64,000 bases of DNA. It comes from Minisyncoccota bacterium (lineage in GTDB: Bacteria; Patescibacteriota; Minisyncoccia; Phycocordibacterales; SBAW01). This document shows positions 58,593 through 64,000 of this stretch, piece by piece (positions within the stretch are counted from its first letter, which is position 1; each line of letters starts with the position of its first letter). Below the pieces are notes generated by a model. It was not told where the DNA came from. It made no database searches and saw only the letters and a list, made by a program, of their open reading frames with translations. Both the position numbers and the translations under genes were made by a program. The stretch lies in NCBI GenBank assembly GCA_035548815.1, contig DASZSF010000004.1:57261-121260 (forward strand), in the 5' to 3' direction.

Positions 58593-59966
58593 CTACCAAG
58601 AACTGACGCGGAACAACATTCGTTTCACTGTCTTAAGCGCAATAACAATGTCGAGCGCGAACGACCTATGCTTGATGTAATAAAAATCATACGCCAAACG
58701 GACACGTGTTTCTTCGACCGACTGGGGACTCAACTTCCCTTGCTCATACTGTTGATTTATCTGAGCCCAGCCGCTAATGCCAGGCTTCACCGCATAGCGC
58801 ACATTGTAATAGGGAATCTCTTCTGCCAAACGCTCGCCCAACCCAAGGATGTCGTTGCGCGGTCCAATAAGCGACAATTCGCCTTTCAATATATTTAAAA
58901 ATTGCGGAAATTCGTCGAGCGATATTGTGCGAAGAATGCCGCCCACGCGTGTCACTTTATTCACACGCTCCTCTCCTACCCAGTCCTTCGATGCCGAATT
59001 ATTAAAACTCATGCTTCTAAATTTGTATGCGCGCATACGCCTTCCACCTTCACCTAAACGTTCTTGCGCAATAAATAATTCTCCAGGTCCTTCGAGCTTC
59101 ATTGCAAGAAAAATGAATGGTGTGAGTACGATAGTGATAAGACCCATCATAAGGCCTCCCACGATGTCGATGAGTCGTTTAGTGATTGAATAGAAGTTCG
59201 TTTGAGATCGCGTAATATTTTTCAGAAACCAGTCATAGCGAAGAAGCGAGAGTGGCACCCGGTCAAACACTTCTTCGTATACTTTGTAAAAATCTGCGTA
59301 CTGAAAACGATCGCTGGCAATGGTGAGTTCATAGACTGCCGGCAGGAGCGGGCGGGTTGTTTCGTGTTCCGCGTCAACGACAACCAGCGTTACATCTGCG
59401 TCTTTAAGTTCTTGTGCAAAGATGCCGAACTGTTCGACCATTAGCGCTGCAGGATTTTGAACCACAACAAATTCTAAGTGGTATCGCGGGTTGTTATTCA
59501 CTTCACGAACGAGCTCGTCAACTTCCGGGCCCGAACCGATAACCGCTGCACGCTCCCGGCTTACCGGTTTTGACAGTTTAGGAAACAACCACAACCGCCA
59601 CAAAAATATGAAGAACAGCGAAAGACCGAGATAGATAGCCAAACTCGTTTTAGGAGCGATACCAATCTGCGGAATTAAAAAGAAGAGCAGTGCCGCAAGC
59701 GCAATGTTAAACGCTTGCGTACGGAAGATAACGCGTGGGACTTCGCTGCGAAACAACACTGCGTGCTTGCTGTAGAGGCCTGCCATATAAAACACGAGCA
59801 ACCACAGTGCGAACAAGAATCCAAATGCTCCGATATATGCCTCCACTATCTCTTCAGTCGGCAAACCGCGATAGCGCAGGAAAAGTGTCAGCAACAGCGA
59901 AATACAAAAGACCGCTAGGTCCCCCAAAAAAAGCAGTCCGAGGGCATATCTCCTACTAAATGTCAT
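58593..59966 (-). CDS. Polyprenyl-phosphate sugar-1-phosphate transferase (WbaP/WsaP-like initiating glycosyltransferase, Bac_transf family)
   Basis: 457 aa; 4-5 N-terminal TMs, C-terminal ...KRLIDIVGGLMMGLITIV...GPGELFIAQERLGEGGRRMRAYKFRSM...DEFPQFLNILKGELSLIGPR... Confidence 0.9.
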   Translation of the reverse strand: MTFSRRYALGLLFLGDLAVFCISLLLTLFLRYRGLPTEEIVEAYIGAFGFLFALWLLVFYMAGLYSKHAVLFRSEVPRVIFRTQAFNIALAALLFFLIPQIGIAPKTSLAIYLGLSLFFIFLWRLWLFPKLSKPVSRERAAVIGSGPEVDELVREVNNNPRYHLEFVVVQNPAALMVEQFGIFAQELKDADVTLVVVDAEHETTRPLLPAVYELTIASDRFQYADFYKVYEEVFDRVPLSLLRYDWFLKNITRSQTNFYSITKRLIDIVGGLMMGLITIVLTPFIFLAMKLEGPGELFIAQERLGEGGRRMRAYKFRSMSFNNSASKDWVGEERVNKVTRVGGILRTISLDEFPQFLNILKGELSLIGPRNDILGLGERLAEEIPYYNVRYAVKPGISGWAQINQQYEQGKLSPQSVEETRVRLAYDFYYIKHRSFALDIVIALKTVKRMLFRVSSW

Positions 59967-60033
59967 CGTGGTACGTTATATCATATAACCTTATATAATC
60001 TAGGTTAGTTTCAATACGGACAGACACATTTGT

Positions 60034-61002
60034 ATGAAAATCCTCTATGGAGTAACGAAATCGAGATGGGGCGGCGCCCAGCGCTATGTGTATGACCTGG
60101 CGACTGCTGCCAAAACGGCAGGGTTTGAGGTGGTCGTGGCATGCGGCGGGAACGGGGCCTTGGTTACAAAACTCACAGAGGCTGGCATACGAACTATTTC
60201 TCTCTCTATATATAATGAGGCATCGCTTAGCGCCATCCTTAAGACGAAACAAGAATTTGAAAAAGTATTTGAGCAGGAGAAACCAGACGTCGTGCATTTG
60301 AACAGCTCTCTTGTAGGTATTGGAGGTGCGCTTGCGGCTCGCAGCGCACACATCCCAAAGATTATCTTCACCGACCACGGCTGGGCATTCAAAGAAGCTC
60401 GCTCGTTTGTGCAAAAAATTGCAATTTGGCTCGTATCGTGGATGACGGTTCTGTATGTAGACCGGGTTATCGCCGTTTCTGATGCGGAGCTGGCGCTCAC
60501 GCAACACATGCCGTTTGCATCTAAAAAAACCCTACGAATCTACAACGGTATCGATTTGAACATGCAGTTTGGGACAGGCAACATCATCCGCAGCGCCTTC
60601 CCTGCTGGAGTCCATATTACGGGCACTGTAGGAGAGCTCACAAAAAATAAAAACCAAATAGCGCTCATTGAAGAAGCGCGCCACAAACCCGATATGTATG
60701 TCGCGATAGTCGGCGAAGGTGAATTACGACCGATGCTTGAAGCGAAAATTAAAGAGTATGGATTAGAACAGCGTGTAAAACTGTTTGGATTCCAGCCTGT
60801 CGCTGATGAAATGAAAGGGTTCGACACCTTTGCGCTTCCTTCTATTAAAGAAGCGCTCGCGTATGTTATTTTGGAAGCCCGCGCTGCCGGCCTCCCCATT
60901 GTCGCAAACCGCGTAGGTGGCATACCCGAAGCGATGGAGACTCCTCTTTCCGAATTTTCAAAAGAGAACATGGTCGAACAGACACTCGCCCTGTATCGCT
61001 AA
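60034..61002 (+). CDS. GT4 family glycosyltransferase
   Basis: 322 aa; ...VVHLNSSL...IFTDHGWAF..., ...[33 protein letters not shown]... Confidence 0.85.
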   Translation: MKILYGVTKSRWGGAQRYVYDLATAAKTAGFEVVVACGGNGALVTKLTEAGIRTISLSIYNEASLSAILKTKQEFEKVFEQEKPDVVHLNSSLVGIGGALAARSAHIPKIIFTDHGWAFKEARSFVQKIAIWLVSWMTVLYVDRVIAVSDAELALTQHMPFASKKTLRIYNGIDLNMQFGTGNIIRSAFPAGVHITGTVGELTKNKNQIALIEEARHKPDMYVAIVGEGELRPMLEAKIKEYGLEQRVKLFGFQPVADEMKGFDTFALPSIKEALAYVILEARAAGLPIVANRVGGIPEAMETPLSEFSKENMVEQTLALYR

Positions 61003-61511
61003 TTCTTTACGTAGTATTGATACGAAAAGGTGGTGTCTGTAGGACCCGACCAGGTGCCGCCGTTCGTGCAACCGGAAGTTCCATCCGCTTCCTGCACCGC
61101 GCCAAGCAAGTAGTGCGCCCCGTCGCTCCAGTAGGCATAAAATTGCGCGCCGCCGCAGCCGCCGCCTGCGACGTATCCGTTTGTGCCCGGATCGTATGAG
61201 ATGCTCGGCATTTCTCCGTCCGAGACCAGCACGTAAAGCGGGTTGCACCCGGTGTTCGTGTAGTTCGGATCTGAGGGGTTTGTCCAGCAGGTCCGATCGC
61301 TTCCCGCGCCGCCCGAGGGATAGCTGCCGTGGTTCGTGGCGTAGAGCTCAAGCGCCGTCTGCAGTTGATGCAAATCGCTTACGCGCCTGGCATCGCGCGC
61401 CTTGACGCGGGCCGAGGTGAGCGACACAAGAACGACGGAGGCCAGGATGCCGATGATAGAGATAACCACCAAAAGCTCTATCAACGTGAACCCCTTCGGC
61501 CTTTTTGGCAT
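60999..61511 (-). CDS. Type IV pilin-like protein (prepilin-type N-terminal cleavage/methylation domain), copy 1
   Basis: Leader MPKRPKG | [28 protein letters not shown]; start taken at the internal Met about 61511 (the track's ORF extends to 61577); Ser/Thr/Gly-rich C-terminal half with 4 Cys. Confidence 0.8.
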   Translation of the reverse strand: MPKRPKGFTLIELLVVISIIGILASVVLVSLTSARVKARDARRVSDLHQLQTALELYATNHGSYPSGGAGSDRTCWTNPSDPNYTNTGCNPLYVLVSDGEMPSISYDPGTNGYVAGGGCGGAQFYAYWSDGAHYLLGAVQEADGTSGCTNGGTWSGPTDTTFSYQYYVKN

Positions 61512-61564
61512 TGTATTGTGCACATGCACGGTCATGGCATCGGTACTATAAAGCATACCACTCG

Positions 61565-62044
61565 TTATTCGCTGCACGTAATAAGCTTGGACGCATATGT
61601 CTGCAAATTGAGCGTCGTCTCTCCATCGCTACAATCACCATCCGTCCATACGCACCAATAAAACGGGGTCGGATGGCCGGTGACGTTTAGGTTCCGTACA
61701 GATACCCGGATGATGTGCCCGTACGGCACAGGCTGCGTCCAGTTCTCCCAATCGTACACCCATCCCAAACATGGTGGCGTCGGCCATACGGAAAGATATT
61801 TTTCGAGGCCGTTTGGCATGCCGTTATCAATGATGTCGGGAGCATATGTGCCGTTCGTATCGCTCGCGGCCATTTCCGCCGCATTTTGAATTTGGGTGAG
61901 CTGTCCCACCATGAGCGCATAGCGCGCTTTTGACCGCGCACTGCCAAGCGAGACGAGTACAACGGATGCTAAAACACCGATTATCGAAATAACGACGAGA
62001 AGCTCAATGAGAGTAAAACCCCTCGGGTGCCCGCCCTGTTGCAT
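61565..62044 (-). CDS. Type IV pilin-like protein, copy 2 (tandem paralog)
   Basis: Leader MQQGGHPRG | [28 protein letters not shown]; start taken about 62044; N-terminal 30 aa nearly identical to copy 1. Confidence 0.8.
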   Translation of the reverse strand: MQQGGHPRGFTLIELLVVISIIGVLASVVLVSLGSARSKARYALMVGQLTQIQNAAEMAASDTNGTYAPDIIDNGMPNGLEKYLSVWPTPPCLGWVYDWENWTQPVPYGHIIRVSVRNLNVTGHPTPFYWCVWTDGDCSDGETTLNLQTYASKLITCSE

Positions 62045-62060
62045 ATGAAAAAGTATACCA

Positions 62061-63218
62061 TTAACGGTCGTAGCCGCCGGAGAATTCGCGGTCAAGCATG
62101 GCGCGGTGCGTGGCGCGCGCGTACCGGCGCATGCCCGACAGCATGCCGAGCGCCAAAAATTCGGCCAAAATGTGCGTGCCGCCGTAACTCATAAATGGAA
62201 TGGTCGTTCCGGTCACGGGCAAAATTCCCATATTGATGCCCGCATGCAGGGTAAAGTGCGCCGCTAAGTAGCAAAAGACGCCGAGCGCAAACAGCGTTTC
62301 AAAGTTCGAGGCGCCGCGCATTGCGGTTTGAATGATGCGCCAAAACAGCGTCGCATAAAGGGCGAAAACAATAAGAAGCCCGACGAATCCCCACTCTTCA
62401 GCGAATGCTGCAAAAATGAAGTCGGTTTGATATTCAGGCAAGAAGCGTAATTTGCTTTGTGTACCGTATCCAATTCCCTTTCCAAGCAACTCTCCCGACC
62501 CCACTGCGATCATAGACTGGTAGGCGTTGTAGCCTGAGCCGCGAATGTCGTGCGCTGGGTTAACGAAGTTGATGATGCGCTTTTTTTGATAGTCGTGGAA
62601 TCCAAAAAACCACAGCGCGCCAAAAAGCGTAAGTCCGAGCAACACGACTGTTGCGACATGGCGTTTGGAAATGCCGGAAAAGAAGACCATACCGAACCAG
62701 ATAAGAAAAATTATGATGGCACCGCCAAAGTCCGGCTGGAGTGCCACAAGCACGAACACGACGAAGGCATACGCACCTGAAACGATGATGTGGCGGATGT
62801 TATGGATCTCAATATGGCGGCGGGAGAAATACTTTGCAAGCAAAATAATAAGTGCGAGCTTTACGAATTCGACTGGCTCGATGCCAAGCCCTCCAAACGA
62901 AAGCCAACTGCGGGCGCCCTTCACTGCTTCGCCGAGCCCCAACAAGAACAACAGCGGGATGATGAGCACACCGAATATGCTGGCCGCGACGCCGCTTCTA
63001 CGCAAAAAACGCCAATCAATGAATGACGCTCCAAAAAATACAACGACCCCGACTCCTATCCAGACAACCTGACGCTCGAATAAGGGGTCCTGGCCCGTGA
63101 ACGAGTCCATAGTCAAAAGCCCAAGCGCCGAGAGTGCGAGCGCAGAGCAAAAGCCTATCCAATCAATAGAAGTAATTTTTTTCCGCCAGCCGGCGGAGAT
63201 GAAAGTAATGGGAGACAT
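62061..63218 (-). CDS. ftsW: SEDS-family peptidoglycan glycosyltransferase (FtsW/RodA)
   Basis: 385 aa, 10 TM; ...QPDFGGAIIIF..., ...GSGYNAYQSMIAVGSG..., ...IPFMSYGGT... are FtsW/RodA motifs. Confidence 0.9.
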   Translation of the reverse strand: MSPITFISAGWRKKITSIDWIGFCSALALSALGLLTMDSFTGQDPLFERQVVWIGVGVVVFFGASFIDWRFLRRSGVAASIFGVLIIPLLFLLGLGEAVKGARSWLSFGGLGIEPVEFVKLALIILLAKYFSRRHIEIHNIRHIIVSGAYAFVVFVLVALQPDFGGAIIIFLIWFGMVFFSGISKRHVATVVLLGLTLFGALWFFGFHDYQKKRIINFVNPAHDIRGSGYNAYQSMIAVGSGELLGKGIGYGTQSKLRFLPEYQTDFIFAAFAEEWGFVGLLIVFALYATLFWRIIQTAMRGASNFETLFALGVFCYLAAHFTLHAGINMGILPVTGTTIPFMSYGGTHILAEFLALGMLSGMRRYARATHRAMLDREFSGGYDR

Positions 63219-63254
63219 ATGAAGAGTATCTAGCGGAGCGGACGAGCGGAACGA

Positions 63255-64000
63255 CTAAAACGAAGGCAGCACGGTGACTTCAGCACGAACTACTCCCGGG
63301 ACACCGCCCTGCCAGGTAAGCACAACATCTTGCGTGGATTTGTGTGCAAGGACCGGAACAAGACTCTTCGATGCAGCAAGTGCAGCGCCATCTGCATCGA
63401 ACAACACTCCCACAACGGTGATATTTTTTGCGTCAGTAGTTGTGTTGTTGTTGAGTGTGAGCGAAAGCCGCGAACCGTCGCTCGTCAATTGCTGGTTGCT
63501 CAACTCAATACGCGGGATGGAGCCGGCAGTAATTAAATTCCACGCCGGAAGCCCCGCAAACGTAATGAGTGTCCGCGCCACAACGCGCGAGCCCGTATTG
63601 ATGTTTGGCACAATGATGGGAACAACAGGAACCGGTGGAATATCTGCGACACCAGAGCGCTCAACTATTAAATGATTGTCTGCGTCAAACAGCTGGAATG
63701 AATATGCGACGTTATGTGCGCCTGAACCGACGTTCGGGTTTTGCACATACGCTGCTGAAGTGTACACATTAGCCGGGCCGTTCGTCGTTGAACTGCCGAC
63801 TAAAAATGAACGAGACCATGCGATAGTCGGCTGCTTTGATTGTTGTTCGCACAAAAGCGAGCACGAGCCGCCGCAGTCGACGCCCTGTTCGTCGCCATTT
63901 TCTCTGCCGTCAAAACATGTTGGCGCTGCGGAAAAAAGAGATGAGTAGAGCGCGTATGCGAGTATGAGAAGTAAAACGATTACAACTCCCGAATAGGTAT
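63255..64000 (-). CDS. Membrane-anchored hypothetical protein with Cys-rich juxtamembrane segment (partial; N-terminus at or beyond the window end)
   Basis: Track ORF 63255-63854 continues upstream in frame without a stop to the window edge: ...VVIVLLLILAYALYSSLFSAAPTCFDGRENGDEQGVDCGGSCSLLCEQQSKQPTIAWS... Confidence 0.5.
   Translation of the reverse strand, partial: TYSGVVIVLLLILAYALYSSLFSAAPTCFDGRENGDEQGVDCGGSCSLLCEQQSKQPTIAWSRSFLVGSSTTNGPANVYTSAAYVQNPNVGSGAHNVAYSFQLFDADNHLIVERSGVADIPPVPVVPIIVPNINTGSRVVARTLITFAGLPAWNLITAGSIPRIELSNQQLTSDGSRLSLTLNNNTTTDAKNITVVGVLFDADGAALAASKSLVPVLAHKSTQDVVLTWQGGVPGVVRAEVTVLPSF

Overview
This 64 kb window looks like a bacterial chromosome segment with a Patescibacteria/CPR-like flavour (inferred, not verified). 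Supporting signs: small tightly packed genes, a 16S-tRNA-Ile unit with no linked 23S, tandem type IV pilin-like genes, a cytoplasmic VirD4/TraG-like ATPase, an O-antigen-ligase+TPR protein, and a giant surface repeat protein. Background GC is about 50-58%.

The dominant feature is a roughly 25 kb envelope-glycan / protein-glycosylation locus at 12.3-38.8 kb, with a satellite at 57.5-62 kb. It contains GDP-fucose synthesis (gmd, fcl), clear GT10 (alpha-1,3) and GT11 (alpha-1,2) fucosyltransferase homologs, and an ABC exporter (wzm ... wzt). The Wzt has a long C-terminal extension. A 619-aa polytopic membrane protein and a GT2+GtrA polyprenyl-phosphate-sugar synthase are inserted between wzm and wzt. 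The locus also holds four methyltransferases (one fused to a GT2), nine GT4/GT2 transferases, a Wzy_C(O-antigen ligase)+TPR protein and a WbaP-like initiating transferase. Taken together this resembles an S-layer/pilin O-glycosylation pathway of the ABC-transporter-dependent, methyl-capped type.

Plausible acceptor substrates are in the window: a >1099-aa surface repeat protein (positions 1-3298, minus strand, running off the left edge) and two tandem pilins. The giant protein has an odd architecture: two tandem N-terminal excisionase-type HTH (HTH_17-like) modules, then a signal-anchor TM. The neighbouring gene (3752-4465) carries the same N-terminal module.

Other notable points:
- The 16S rRNA 3' tail lacks a recognisable CCUCC anti-Shine-Dalgarno sequence.
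- The rRNA unit is unlinked from 23S.
- A two-gene island at 43.2-44.8 kb has strongly elevated GC and GC3.
- A Lys-rich micro-ORF plus tandem hairpins lie in the secA leader.
- A fused Gfo/Idh/MocA-FAD oxidoreductase sits in the glycan cluster.
- A Bpt/ATE-like gene is translationally coupled to a Mur ligase.

No CRISPR array, transposase or integrase was seen. Coordinates I derived by hand-counting may be off by 1-2 nt.
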